Positions 21,081-33,628 of a DNA stretch of 64,000 nucleotides are shown here, one piece after another. The notes under the pieces were generated by a model. It was not told the origin of the DNA, made no database searches, and saw nothing but the letters and a program-made list of their open reading frames with translations. The DNA comes from an uncultured delta proteobacterium. Its GTDB lineage: Bacteria > Myxococcota_A > Polyangia > Fen-1088. The translations under genes and the position numbers were made by a program. The stretch is from positions 151,943-215,942 of the forward strand of contig CAWCMR010000010.1 in assembly GCA_963796685.1 (NCBI GenBank), written 5' to 3'. Positions within the stretch are counted from its first letter, which is position 1; each line of letters starts with the position of its first letter.

Positions 21081-24054
21081 ATGTCGGAGGCTTCCACCTT
21101 TTCACGACATCCCCTCGGCGAGACGAGCTCCGAGCGGGAGACACAAGTTCTTTTCGAGGCTCTGTTTCGCAACAGTTCCTCGCTCATGACGATCCTTTCG
21201 CTCCCCGACCGACGCTTCGTGGACGTCAACGACTCCTCACTTGGAAAGCTTGGCTATACCAGGGACGAGCTCATCGGCAAGACGTCTTCTGAGCTTGGTC
21301 TGTTTCCGCACCCGGAACAGCAGGCCATGCTGGCGGATAAGATTCTGTCCATTGGGCACGTCGCAGATGTTGAGGTGCAGTTCCGATGCAAGGATGGGTC
21401 GCTCCTCGATGGCCTGCTCTCGGGCGACGCCATCACCCGCCTGGGACGGTCCTATTTCCTGACCCGCACCGTGGACATCACTGCGCATAAACGCTTGGAG
21501 ACAGCTCTACAGCAAGAGCGTCAGCGTCTCGCGGGCATCATCGGCGCGGCCAACGTCGGGACTTGGGAATGGAATGTCCAGAGCGGGCAGACGGTGTTCA
21601 ACAAACGCTGGGCCGAAATGTTCGGCTACACGTTGGAAGAGCTGGGACCGGTCTCGATTGACACATGGATGCGACTCGTCCATCCCGACGATGGGAGGGC
21701 CGGTTGGGCGGTGCTGGAGAGACATTTCACGGGTGAGCTCGACTACTACGAATGCGAATGCCGGGTGAGGCACAGAGATGGGCGATGGATTTGGGTGCTC
21801 GACCGCGGGGGCCTGGTAAGTCGGACCGCAGACGGCAAGCCTTTACTGATGTATGGCACCCATCAGGACATCACAGCGCGAAAGCACGCCGAGCAGGCTT
21901 TGCTCGAAATCAATGAGGCTTTGGCGATACAGAGCGCGGCGGCAAGGGAGATTGCCTTGGAGGCTGAACGGGCCAATGCCGCCAAAAGCGAGTTCCTTGC
22001 CAACATGAGCCACGAGATCCGGACGCCCATGAACGGCGTAATCGGCATGACGGGGCTTCTGTTGGAAACCGGTCTGAACGAGGAGCAGCGGCACTACGCC
22101 GAAGCCGTTCGCGCCAGCGGCGAATCCTTGCTGGCTTTGGTCAACGACATCCTCGATTTCTCGAAGATCGAGGCGGGAAAGGTCAGGCTGGAAATCCTCG
22201 ACTTCGACCTGCGCGTGCTGCTTGATGACTTGGCGGCCATGATGGGGTTACGCGCCGAGGAGAAGCAGCTCGAAGCTCATCCATTCCATGGCTCCGGACG
22301 TCCCGACCCGCGTGCTTGGTGATCCCGGGCGCCTGCGCCAGATCCTTGTCAACCTGATCGGCAACGCGCTCAAGTTCACCAGCAAGGGCGACGTGATGAT
22401 CCGGGTGAGCCTGGAGCAAGAAACTTCGCATGAGGTGAGTCTGCGGTTCTCGGTGAGCGACACAGGCATTGGAATACCGGAGGACCGACTTGGTCTATTA
22501 TTCGAGAAATTCACGCAAGTCGACGCCTCCACCACCCGCGAGTACGGCGGTACGGGCTTGGGGCTGGCCATCTCGAAGCAACTCGCTGAAATAATGGGAG
22601 GGCAAATCGGCGTCCGGAGCGAGGCGGGACGAGGCTCGGAGTTCTGGTTCACGGCCCGCTTCGAAAAGCAGTTGACGGTTTTCGACTCGCGACGACGCCT
22701 GCCCGAAGGACTGGGGAACGCCCGCGTGCTCGTCGTGGACGACAACCCGAAGGTCCGAGAGGCACTCGTGGCGCAAATGACCGGCTGGCGAATGCCGGCG
22801 GTCGAGGCCGCCGATGGTTCAGCGGCAGTGCGACTGCTCTACGAATCGCTGAAGTCGGGCGATCTGTTCCACGTTCTTCTGATCGAGATGCAGATGTCTG
22901 GAATGGACGGCGTGGCCCTGGGCCGAATCGTGAGGTGTGAGAAACGATTCGCAAGCGTCGCGCTGGTCCTGATGACCACCTCGGGCCAACGATGGGACGA
23001 TGGTCGCCTCAAAGAGGCGGGGTTCGCCGCACAGATCGTCAAGCCGGTGCAGCAGGCTGCCCTCTTCGACTGCCTGGTCACATCGCAGGGTGGGGCCTCG
23101 ACACTGGAGCAACAACCGACTGCCCGTCATGTCTTGAACAACCTCATGTGGAGGAACACGCGGGTCCTGCTGGCCGAAGATAACCTCACCAACCAGCAAG
23201 TCGCCCTTGCGATTTTGCGCAAGCTCGGGCTCAAGGCCGATGTGGCGGCCAATGGACGGGAGGCGATCGAGGCGCTGCGGGACATTCCCTATCAAATCGT
23301 GTTGATGGACGTGCAGATGCCCCAGATGGACGGGCTCGAAGCTACGCGCATCATTCGGGCCGCGGGCGAAGGGATTCGCAACCGTGCCATTCCGATTATC
23401 GCGATGACTGCCTGTGCTATGGAGCAGGATCGAAAACGCTGCCTCGAAGCCGGCATGGATGACTACATCGCGAAGCCGGTAACGCCCGAAAGCCTGGCGA
23501 ACATCATCAAGAAGTGGCTCGCGAGACAAAGGCCTCCCGAACCCGATGCCCTGCAAAGCCGTTCGGTTCCAACCGAGGCCGCACCCGCCGCGAATCCCGG
23601 CGTCATGGTCTTCGACGAAAGCGCACTCCTTCGGCGGGTGATGGGCGATGGCCTCCTCGCTCTAGATGTCGTCGCCGGGTTCCTGGGCGATATACCCAAA
23701 CAGATTGAGACCCTGAAATCCTGCTTGCAATCCGGCGATGTGCGAGGCGCAGAACGCCAGGCCCACACCATCAAGGGTGCCTCCGCCGTCGTCTGTGGCG
23801 ATGTCTTGAGTCACTTGGCATCGACGCTGGAGGAGGCAAGCAAGGCCGGCAATCTCGCAGCGGTCTCGGAATCCCTCGGGGAGCTGGAGGAGCAATTTGC
23901 GCGGCTGAAACAGGCCATGGAGACGTGGGAGGGCGCTCGAGCAATGCGTCCCGAGAAGCCGCTCAGACCACCCCAACCCGCGACGTTCTGGTCCGAGTCG
24001 CCAGGATCCAGAGAGGAAATGTCCAGCGTGCTCACCCCTCTTGGCATCCCATAG
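21081..24054 (+). CDS. Hybrid sensor histidine kinase (PAS-PAS-HisKA-HATPase-REC-REC-Hpt; apparent +1 frameshift at about 22274)
   Basis: [37 protein letters not shown], two receiver domains and AHTIKGAS; frames join as [15 protein letters not shown]. Confidence 0.92.
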
Positions 24055-24059
24055 ATGTC

Positions 24060-25442
24060 TCAACCTCCATTGCCTCCGGCCCGTATGCCGGAGGTGGACG
24101 ACCCGAGCGGCTCGACGGGGCCCACGATCACCAGGTACGAAAACGCCCCCAAGAGCGAAAAGCCTCCTGCCGCGACCAGCGGCACCACGAAGCCGCCCGT
24201 CCGCTCCACCATGAACCCGACGAACGCGGCGACCGAAACGCCGCCCAGGTTCGATGCGAAATTTTGGATGCCCCCAAGCGAGGCCACGTGCCGGGGCGTA
24301 GGTGCGACGTCCGACGGCAACGACCAGATGCTGGCCGCCGCGAAGGCCAGGCTGCCGTAGCACAACGACAGCAGCGCCAGCGCCGCCACCGCGCTGGGGA
24401 CGATCACGGCCAGGGCGATGCTCGACGACAGCAGCATGCCGCCCACGATGGGGATCTTCCGCGCGAGAGTCAGATGCAGGCCGCGCCGGAAGAGAAAATC
24501 GGAGAACAACCCGCCCAGGTACCCGCACGGAATGGCGAACAGCGCGGGGATCGAGCCGAAGAGTTGCATCTTGAGCAAGGTGAAGCCGCGCTCCTTGACG
24601 AGGTAGCTCGGGAACCAGGTGATGAAGAAATAGATGACGAAGCTCAGGCAAAAGAAGCCGAGCATCATCCCCCACACCGTGCGGTAGCGAAACAGATCGC
24701 GCCAGCGGATCGGCCGCCCCCCGGGATCCGCCGGGACGGAACGATTTGCGTCGACCAAGATGTGTGCGCGCTCGGCCTCGCCGACCCACGGGTGTTGGCT
24801 CGGATGCCGGTAGACCCTGAACCAGACCAGCGCCCACGCGAGCCCCAGCGCGCCGGTCGCCAGGAACGACGCCCGCCACCCGAAGTGCGCGACCACCGTC
24901 GACACCAGCGGTAGCGCCAGCGCCGGCCCGACGCGCGCGCCGCTATCGAAGATGCTGGTGGCGAATGCCCGTTCGGCGGGCGGGAACCACTCCGACACCA
25001 CCTTGGCGTTGGCGGGATAGGCGGGCGCCTCACCGGCACCGAGCAAGAGCCGCACCCCGAACAGGGACGCGAACCCGCGCGCCAGCGCCGTCGCTGCCGT
25101 GAACGACGACCACCAGACCACGGCGAGGGTGTACGCGACGCGTGGGCCGACGCGGTCGACGAACCAGCCCGACGGCAGCTGGCCGAACGCGTAGGTCCAG
25201 AAGAACGCCCCCATCACCAAGCCCGCTGTGCTGGGACGCAGCCCGAGGTCGCGCTGCAGATAGGGCATCGCCACGCCCAGGTTGGCCCGATCGATGTAGC
25301 TGATCGTGGTCCCGAGAAAGGCCAGGAAGATGATCAGCCAGCGCACGCGCCCTGCGGCCGACGGTTTTGCCAAGGTCGAGCCATGCTGCCACAAACGGCG
25401 CAACGGCGCGAACAGCACGCCAAGAAACACGGCAATAAACAC
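24060..25442 (-). CDS. MFS transporter, ACS (sugar-acid; DgoT/ExuT-like) family
   Basis: ISYIDRANLGVA, FFWTYAFGQLPSG and GEAPAYP…WFP motifs; about 12 TMs. Start approximate. Confidence 0.88.
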   Translation of the reverse strand: MFIAVFLGVLFAPLRRLWQHGSTLAKPSAAGRVRWLIIFLAFLGTTISYIDRANLGVAMPYLQRDLGLRPSTAGLVMGAFFWTYAFGQLPSGWFVDRVGPRVAYTLAVVWWSSFTAATALARGFASLFGVRLLLGAGEAPAYPANAKVVSEWFPPAERAFATSIFDSGARVGPALALPLVSTVVAHFGWRASFLATGALGLAWALVWFRVYRHPSQHPWVGEAERAHILVDANRSVPADPGGRPIRWRDLFRYRTVWGMMLGFFCLSFVIYFFITWFPSYLVKERGFTLLKMQLFGSIPALFAIPCGYLGGLFSDFLFRRGLHLTLARKIPIVGGMLLSSSIALAVIVPSAVAALALLSLCYGSLAFAAASIWSLPSDVAPTPRHVASLGGIQNFASNLGGVSVAAFVGFMVERTGGFVVPLVAAGGFSLLGAFSYLVIVGPVEPLGSSTSGIRAGGNGG

Positions 25443-25456
25443 ACTATGATGAGCGC

Positions 25457-25954
25457 ATGGTGATCATCCTGATGGGCGTGGCCGGCAGCGGAAAGTCCAC
25501 CGTCGCGCAAGGCCTCGCCGCGGCGCTCGGCTGGCCCTTCCTCGAGGGGGACGAGCTTCACCCGGCGGCGAACCTGTCCAAGATGACGGCCGGCGCGCCG
25601 CTTACCGATGAGGATCGGCGCCCCTGGCTCGCGGCGCTGCGCACGCGCATCGAGGCGACCCTGGCGGCGGGCGGCGACCTGGTCGTGACCTGCTCGGCGC
25701 TCAAGCGGGACTACCGTCGTGCGCTGCAGGTCGCCTCGGCGCACGTCCGCTTCGTCTACCTGCGCGGCGATGCCGCGCTCATCGCCGAGAGACTGCGCCT
25801 GCGCCAGGGACACTTCATGAAGGCCGCGATGCTGGAAAGCCAGATGGCGGCGCTGGAGGAGCCGTCGCCCGGCGAGGCGCTGACCGTCGATGCCGCGCTC
25901 GCGCCCGACACGCTGGTCACGCAGATCGCGGCGTCGCTGGGCCTCCCCAGGTAG
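25457..25954 (+). CDS. gntK: Gluconokinase, GntK/IdnK family
   Basis: MGVAGSGKST, EGDELHP, PLTDEDRRPWL, CSALKRDYR and HFM…LESQ motifs. Confidence 0.92.
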   Translation: MVIILMGVAGSGKSTVAQGLAAALGWPFLEGDELHPAANLSKMTAGAPLTDEDRRPWLAALRTRIEATLAAGGDLVVTCSALKRDYRRALQVASAHVRFVYLRGDAALIAERLRLRQGHFMKAAMLESQMAALEEPSPGEALTVDAALAPDTLVTQIAASLGLPR

Positions 25955-25987
25955 CCGGTCACCGCGACCTCGGGGCCGCCGGATGAG

Positions 25988-28592
25988 CTACTTCGCCGGC
26001 ACGCTCACCATCGCTCGCAGCCGGACGTCGCGAGAAGAGGCGGCGGCGCGCAGCTCGTACGTCCCTGGGGCGACTCGCCAGGCAGGGGCGGCGGGCCGGG
26101 TTTCGTCGTAGAACGCGAAGGCTCGCGTCGGCAGTTGCACCTCGATGGTTCGCTCTTCGCCCTTGTCCAGATCGACGCGGGCAAAGGCGCGAAGCTCTTG
26201 CTCGGCGCGGGGTACGCTCACGGCGGGCGCATGCACGTAAACCTGTGCGACCTCGGCTCCTCGCCTCGCTCCGGTGTTCTTCACGATGAATCGCACGGTC
26301 ACGCCCCGCTGCGCATCCCACGCTGACACCTCGAGGTCGCGATAGGCGAAGCGGGTGTACGAGAGCCCATACCCGAACGGGAACAACGGTTCCAGCTTGC
26401 GGGTGTCGTACCAGCGATAGCCGACCAGGGTCCCTTCTCGGTAGTGCACCTTGCCCTGCTCGCCGGGATAGTTGCCGAACCACGCCTCGTCTTCCAGACG
26501 CTTCGGGAAGGTCACGGGCAGCTTGCCCGATGGACTGGTCTCGCCAAGCAACACGTCGGCCATCGCCGTGCCGCCCTCTTGTCCGGGGAACCACGCGTGC
26601 AGCACCGCTTTCGCCTTGTCGAGCCAGGGCATGGCCACCGCCGCGCCCGTGGTCGTCACGACGATCAGTCGGGGATTGACAGACTGCGGCAGCGCGCACG
26701 ATTTCGTCCTGGCGTCCGGGCAGGGCGAGCGACGGGCGATCCTGCCCCTCGGTTTCATCGCCCATGCCGTCGCCGACCGCGGCGATGACGACATCGGCCC
26801 CGCGCGCGGTCTCCGCGATCTTGCCCAGCGGATCGCGCTCTGCCCGCTGCCACAGAAGCTCGACCGATGCGCCGATGATCGCCTCGTAGTAGTCCAGGCG
26901 AATCTGGTAAGCCTTGCCACCCACCAGTGGGATTTCCGTGGTCTTGAGCGTCGGGGGATGATCGCCCCAGTTGTCGACGAGCAGCTTGCCATCGAGGTAG
27001 AGGCGGGCGCCGTCGTCCGAACGGACCGCCAACATGTAGAGGCCGGACTTGGGTGGCACGAGCTTGCCGCTCCAGCGCACCGAGAAATTGTCCTCGGGGA
27101 ATTCCGGCGCTGGCGCGGAGAGCTCCCAGTGAAAATTCACCGTGGGGTCGACGCGCGAAAGCTTGGGCGCGCCGGCGTGACTGCGGTTGGGGAAGTATTC
27201 CCCCAGCAAGCCTTGGCCCGCGTGACCCGCAGGCGGCGTGAGCGCGCTGGGCGGTATGGCCGCGAGACCGTCGAGGGTGATCTCGCCGGGGGCGTAGTCG
27301 ACGCGAACCTTGCTGCCCAAGGCCTGACGGAGCGCCTGGACCAGGGTCACCTGTCGCGTGGCCGAGACGTGCGCGCTGCCGCCGCCGCCATCGAGGTGAT
27401 CGCCGCGTGGTCCGACCACGGCGATCCTGCGCAGCTTGCTCGCGTCGAGCGGAAGGATGCCGTGCTCGTTCTTGAGCAAGACGAAACCCTCCCGAGCGGC
27501 CACGCGATTGAGCGCGCGATGCTCGAGGGTATCGGTGCCTTCCGCGCGTACCGTGGCGTCCTCGTCGAGATGGAGCGCCGCGATCACGCGCAACTGCCGG
27601 CGGACCAGGTCGTCGAGCGCCCCGCTCGTGATGGTCTTTTGTTCCAGCGCCGCGCGCATGGCAGCCGGCTGGTACACCAGGGCCGACGGCATTTCCAGGT
27701 CCATGCCGGCGTGTACGGCGGGCAGCAGATCGTGCGTGGCGCCCCAATCGGACATGACCAAGCCCCGGAATCCCCAGTCCCGCCGCAAGATCCCGTCAAG
27801 CAAGCGGGGGTTTTCACAGGCGAAGGCTCCACCGACCTTGTTGTAGGCGCACATCACCGCCCACACCCCGGCCTCTTTGACCGCCGCCTCGAAGGCGGGC
27901 AAGTAGATTTCGTGCAGCGTCCTGTCATCCAGCTCGACGTCGATGTCCTTGCGTTCGGTCTCCTGGTTGTTGGCCGCGAAGTGCTTGACCGTGGCCACCA
28001 CCCCCTGGCTCTGTACGCCTCGGATGTAGCCGACGGCCATGCCGGCGGCCAGCGCGGGATCCTCGCCGAGGTACTCGAAATCGCGACCATCGAGCGGAGT
28101 GCGCACGATATTCACCGCGGGGCCCAGGATGACGTTCTTGCCGTGGGCCTTGGTTTCGCGCGCGATGGCCGCGCCGATCCGTTCCGCCAGCGCCGGGTCG
28201 AAGGACGCCGCCAAGAGGATGCTGGCCGGAAACTCCGTGGCCTGACCGACCCGCACGCCGATCGGGCCGTCGGTCATGCGCAGCGAGGGAATGTGCAGAC
28301 GCGGAACACCGACGCTGTCGAAGCCCGTGCCAGCCACCAGCGCAAGCTTCTCGTCCAAGGTCATGGCGGCAAGCCAGGCCTCGACGCGAGCTTCGATGGG
28401 ATCCATGGCCGGTTTGCAGAGCGGCGCTTCGGCACAGGGCGTGGGCGCAACCGGCGACGCACCCGATGATACGGTGGCTTCGGTCATTCCCGCCGTCGCG
28501 CACCCTGGGTCGACCGCCAGCGACAAGGCAAGGGCTGCCGAGGCAACCGCGGCGAGGATGACCTTGCAGTTCTTTCGGATAGGGTAGCGCAC
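25988..28592 (-). CDS. Secreted GH3 beta-glucosidase with PA14 and Fn3-like domains (apparent +1 frameshift at about 26683)
   Basis: TDGPIGVR, VKHFAAN, VMSDW nucleophile, PA14 FSVRWSG…SDDG, then SGKLPVTF and FPFGYGLSYT in the second frame. Confidence 0.92.
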
Positions 28593-28740
28593 GGCGTATT
28601 CTCCTTGGACGACGGCAGCGTTGCCGTCCTGGCATCATGAGGCAGGCACACAACTAGTACCCGAAATCGCCTTTAGCGGCTATCGGGAACCCTAGCCCCC
28701 ATTCCAAGGCTAAAACTCTCGTCTGACAGGGCGACGAAAG

Positions 28741-28954
28741 GTGGTCGTGGTCGTAACGTCACCGTGGCCGTGGCCGTGGCCGGAGATTTTGGACGCTCAG
28801 GCCATTGGAAATCAGCCAGTGGTCGGCGGCTGGCAGACCAGGGAGCAAATTTCTGAAAGCCGAACATGCATGAGTTTCGGCAGCACAGCGGAAAAGTTGC
28901 TCGGCCACGGCCACGGCCACGGCCACGACTACGGCCACGGCTACGACCACGGCC
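28741..28954. repeat. Two inverted arrays of imperfect hexamers, (GTGGCC)n and (GGCCAC)n
   Basis: 28741-28781 gtggtc/gtggcc units; 28903-28954 ggccac/gactac/ggctac/gaccac units; about 120 nt spacer. Confidence 0.8.
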
Positions 28955-29043
28955 TTCTGCGGTTGTCGCGGGATTATGGTTTCTGCGGGGCGCTGGGCTC
29001 CGAAACGCAAACTCTGATATTCTGATTCCGGAAGGAGAGCGCC

Positions 29044-30177
<1,134 letters not shown>

Positions 30178-30337
30178 CGCCAGTAGCCGCTGGCGTTGGT
30201 CTGTTGTTTCGTCTTCGTGACGACAACACGGTCAGTCCGCGTCGTCCTGAGGGTTCGACAGTGCATCGTGTCGATGCGCTGAATCCGCGCCTGGCGTGCC
30301 GTCATCCAACCACCAACGCAAGCCAAGAAGGCCTGCC

Positions 30338-33300
30338 ATGTGGATCGTCAAGCTCGCACTTCGCCGCCCCTACACCATCGCCGTGATGGCGGTACTGCTC
30401 GTGGTCATGGGGGTTCTGTCCGCGACCCGCATGGTCATCGACATCCTGCCGGCCATCGATATCCCGGTGGTCGCGGTGGTGTGGAACTATCCCGGCCTCT
30501 CGGCCGAGGACATGGAGCGCCGGGTGGTGATCATCTCCGAGCGCGCCTATTCGAGCACCGTGGACGGCATCCAGCGGATCGAGTCGCAGTCGATCCCCGG
30601 CGTCGGCCTGATGAAGATCTATTTCCAGCCCGACGCCGATATCGGCGGCGCCATCGCGCAGATCAGCTCGGTGTCCAGCACCATCCTGCGCATCACCCCG
30701 CCCGGGATGCAACCGCCCAATGTCATTCGCTTCAATGCTTCGAACTTGCCCGTCGCCCAGCTCACCATGTCCAGCGACTCCCTGCCCGAGCAGAAGATCT
30801 TCGACTACGGCCTCAACTTCATTCGCGTGCGGTTGTTCACGATTCCGGGACTGTCCACGCCCGCGCCCTTCGGCGGCAAGTTCCGCCAGATCAACGTCGA
30901 CATCGATCCGCGGCGGCTGGCCGCGCGCGGCTTGTCGCCCGCCGACGTGGTGAGTGCGCTGCAGGCTTCGAACGTCATCTTGCCGGCCGGGACCGCGCGC
31001 ATCGGCGGGCGCGAGTACAACATCCTCACCAACGGCAGCCCGCGCGCGGTCCCCGAATTCGCAGACCTCCCGGTCAAGGTTGCCGACGGCAGACCGGTCT
31101 TGCTCGGCGATATCGCCCACATCAGCGACGGCTTCGCCGACCAGACCAACGTGGTGCGCGTGAACGGCCGGCGGGCAACCTACCTGGCCATCCTGCGCCA
31201 TGCCCAGGCGTCGACCCTGGCCGTGGTCGACGCCGTCAAGGAAGCCCTGCCTGGTATCGCCGCGGTGGCGCCCGAGGGGCTCGAGCTGAAGATCGACTTC
31301 GACCAGTCGCTGTTCGTGCGCGGCGCGATCTGGAGCGTGCTGCGCGAGGCGATCATCTCGTCCCTGCTGGTGTCGCTGATGATCGGCGCGTTCCTCGGCA
31401 GCTGGCGCAGCATGGTCGTGGTGTGCACCTCGATTCCGCTCGCCATCTTCGCTGCGGTGATCGGTTTGAAGCTCACCGGGAACACCATCAACATCATGAC
31501 CTTGGGTGGGCTGGCCCTGGCCATCGGCATGCTGGTCGACGACGCCACCGTCGAGGTCGAGAACATCCATCGCAACCGCTCGCTGGGCAAACCGCTGACC
31601 GTGGCCATCCTCGACGGCGCCTCCCAGATCGCCGTGCCCGCCATCGTGGCCACGCTTTCCATCTGCATCGTGTTCTTCCCCGTGGTCTTGTTGGTGGGGC
31701 CCGCGCGCTTTCTGTTCACGCCGCTGGCGCTGGCGGTGGTTCTGGCCATGCTTGCGTCGTACCTGTTGTCCCGCACCCTCGTGCCCACGCTGTCGCGCAT
31801 GCTGATGGAGCGCGAGCACCATGGTGGCCACGCAGGTGGCGCGGGGGGCGGTGCCTGGGCGCGTTTCGCCTCCCGCATGAACCGGGCACGCGATCGCGGC
31901 TTCGGCCGCTTCCAGGCCTTCTACGGTCGCATCCTCGAGTTGGTGCTCGAGCATCGCCGCTTCACCTTGCTCGCCGGCGGCGTCTTCATGGCCACGAGTC
32001 TGGCGCTCGCGCCCCTCGTGGGGCTCGACTTCTTCCCGTCGGTCGACACCGGTCTGATGAAGCTGCACTTTCGCGCGCCGGTGGGGACGCGCATCGAGGC
32101 CACCGAGAAGATGGTCGAGGTGCTCGAACGGCGCATCCGCGCCATCGTGCCGCCCGACGAGCTCGAAGCGATGAACGCCATGATCGGGATTCCGGTTTCC
32201 TACAACCTGGCGTTCGTGCAAACCGACAACATCGGCTCGATGGACGCCGAGATCCGCGTGTCGCTCAAGCCCGGGCACCATGCGACCGCGGGCTACATGC
32301 GCCGCATGCGCGAGGCCGTGCGCCAGGATATGCCGGGCGCGGTCGCCTATTTCCAACCCGCGGACATCGTCAGCCAGGTGCTGAACTTCGGCGTCTCCTC
32401 GCCCATCGACGTGCAGGTCGAGGGTGCCGATTTTCGCCAGTCGCTGCCCATCGCCCGGCGCCTGCAGGGGGACATCGCGCTGGTGGCCGGAACCGCCGAC
32501 GTGCACCTGACCCAGGTGCTCGACTATCCCGGGCTTTCCATCAACGTGGACCGCCAGCGGGCCGCCTACGCCGGCGTCACCGAGCGGGACGTGGCGAGTA
32601 GCCTCTTGACCTCGCTGTCGTCGAGCAGCTTGTTGGCGCCGTCCTACTTCCTCAATCCGGCCAACAACGTGAACTATGTCGTAGCGGTGAAGACGCCGCT
32701 CGCCAAGGTCAGCTCCGTCGGCGATCTCATGACCACTTCGGTGACGCCGGGGGGCGCGGGGGCCGTGCTCTTGCCCGCGGACATGCCCTCGCCCTCGGCT
32801 GAGCAGGAGGCGCCGACGGTGATGCTCTCGGGGGTAGCCAACGTGCAACCCACGGCCACACCCAACCAAATCTCGCACTTCACGGTGCAGCGCGTGCTCG
32901 ACGTGGCGGCCAACGTCGAGGGGCGCGACCTCGGCTCGGTGGTGCGCGATATCAAGGCCAAGATCGCGGCGCTCGGCAAGCTTCCACCGGGCGTGAAGAT
33001 CAACATCCGCGGGCAAAACGAGGTCATGACCGAGTCGTTTCGCAGCCTCGGGCTCGGCCTCCTGCTCGCCACGCTGCTGGTCTATTTCCTGATGGTCATC
33101 CTGTTCCAGTCGTGGCTCGACCCGCTCATCATCATGGTGGCCATTCCCGGCGCCTTCAGCGGCATCTTGTGGATGCTCGCTCTCACCCACACAACCCTCA
33201 ACGTCGAATCCTTCATGGGAACAATCATGTCGGTCGGTATTGCTGTCTCGAACTCCATCCTGCTCGTGTCCTTCGCCAACGATCATCGCCTCGAAGCCGG

Positions 33301-33628
33301 CGTCACGCCATTCACGGCGGCGCTCGAAGCCGGCCGCACGCGCCTGCGTCCGGTCTTGATGACGGCGCTGGCCATGATCATCGGTATGATTCCCATGGCG
33401 CTCGGCCTGGGCGAGGCCGGCGAGCAGAACGCTCCGCTCGGGCGCGCGGTCATCGGCGGGCTTTTGATGGCGACGTTCGTGACCTTGTTGGTCGTGCCCG
33501 CGGTTTACGCGACCCTGCGGACCAAGCTGCCCGTGCGCCACCTGCTCGACGAAAAATTCCGGGCCGAGGCGCGCGGCGAAGTGTGGACGCCCCCCGCGCG
33601 CGGCGTTGGGGAAGGAGCGTCGTCATGA
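30338..33628 (+). CDS. RND efflux transporter permease (AcrB/CzcA-like)
   Basis: GMLVDDATVEVENI, RLRPVLMT and PLGRAVIGG motifs; about 1096 aa. Confidence 0.95.
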   Translation: MWIVKLALRRPYTIAVMAVLLVVMGVLSATRMVIDILPAIDIPVVAVVWNYPGLSAEDMERRVVIISERAYSSTVDGIQRIESQSIPGVGLMKIYFQPDADIGGAIAQISSVSSTILRITPPGMQPPNVIRFNASNLPVAQLTMSSDSLPEQKIFDYGLNFIRVRLFTIPGLSTPAPFGGKFRQINVDIDPRRLAARGLSPADVVSALQASNVILPAGTARIGGREYNILTNGSPRAVPEFADLPVKVADGRPVLLGDIAHISDGFADQTNVVRVNGRRATYLAILRHAQASTLAVVDAVKEALPGIAAVAPEGLELKIDFDQSLFVRGAIWSVLREAIISSLLVSLMIGAFLGSWRSMVVVCTSIPLAIFAAVIGLKLTGNTINIMTLGGLALAIGMLVDDATVEVENIHRNRSLGKPLTVAILDGASQIAVPAIVATLSICIVFFPVVLLVGPARFLFTPLALAVVLAMLASYLLSRTLVPTLSRMLMEREHHGGHAGGAGGGAWARFASRMNRARDRGFGRFQAFYGRILELVLEHRRFTLLAGGVFMATSLALAPLVGLDFFPSVDTGLMKLHFRAPVGTRIEATEKMVEVLERRIRAIVPPDELEAMNAMIGIPVSYNLAFVQTDNIGSMDAEIRVSLKPGHHATAGYMRRMREAVRQDMPGAVAYFQPADIVSQVLNFGVSSPIDVQVEGADFRQSLPIARRLQGDIALVAGTADVHLTQVLDYPGLSINVDRQRAAYAGVTERDVASSLLTSLSSSSLLAPSYFLNPANNVNYVVAVKTPLAKVSSVGDLMTTSVTPGGAGAVLLPADMPSPSAEQEAPTVMLSGVANVQPTATPNQISHFTVQRVLDVAANVEGRDLGSVVRDIKAKIAALGKLPPGVKINIRGQNEVMTESFRSLGLGLLLATLLVYFLMVILFQSWLDPLIIMVAIPGAFSGILWMLALTHTTLNVESFMGTIMSVGIAVSNSILLVSFANDHRLEAGVTPFTAALEAGRTRLRPVLMTALAMIIGMIPMALGLGEAGEQNAPLGRAVIGGLLMATFVTLLVVPAVYATLRTKLPVRHLLDEKFRAEARGEVWTPPARGVGEGASS

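Noticed and set aside
28741-28954. CRISPR array
   Set aside because: Hexamer microsatellite without unique spacers; no cas genes.
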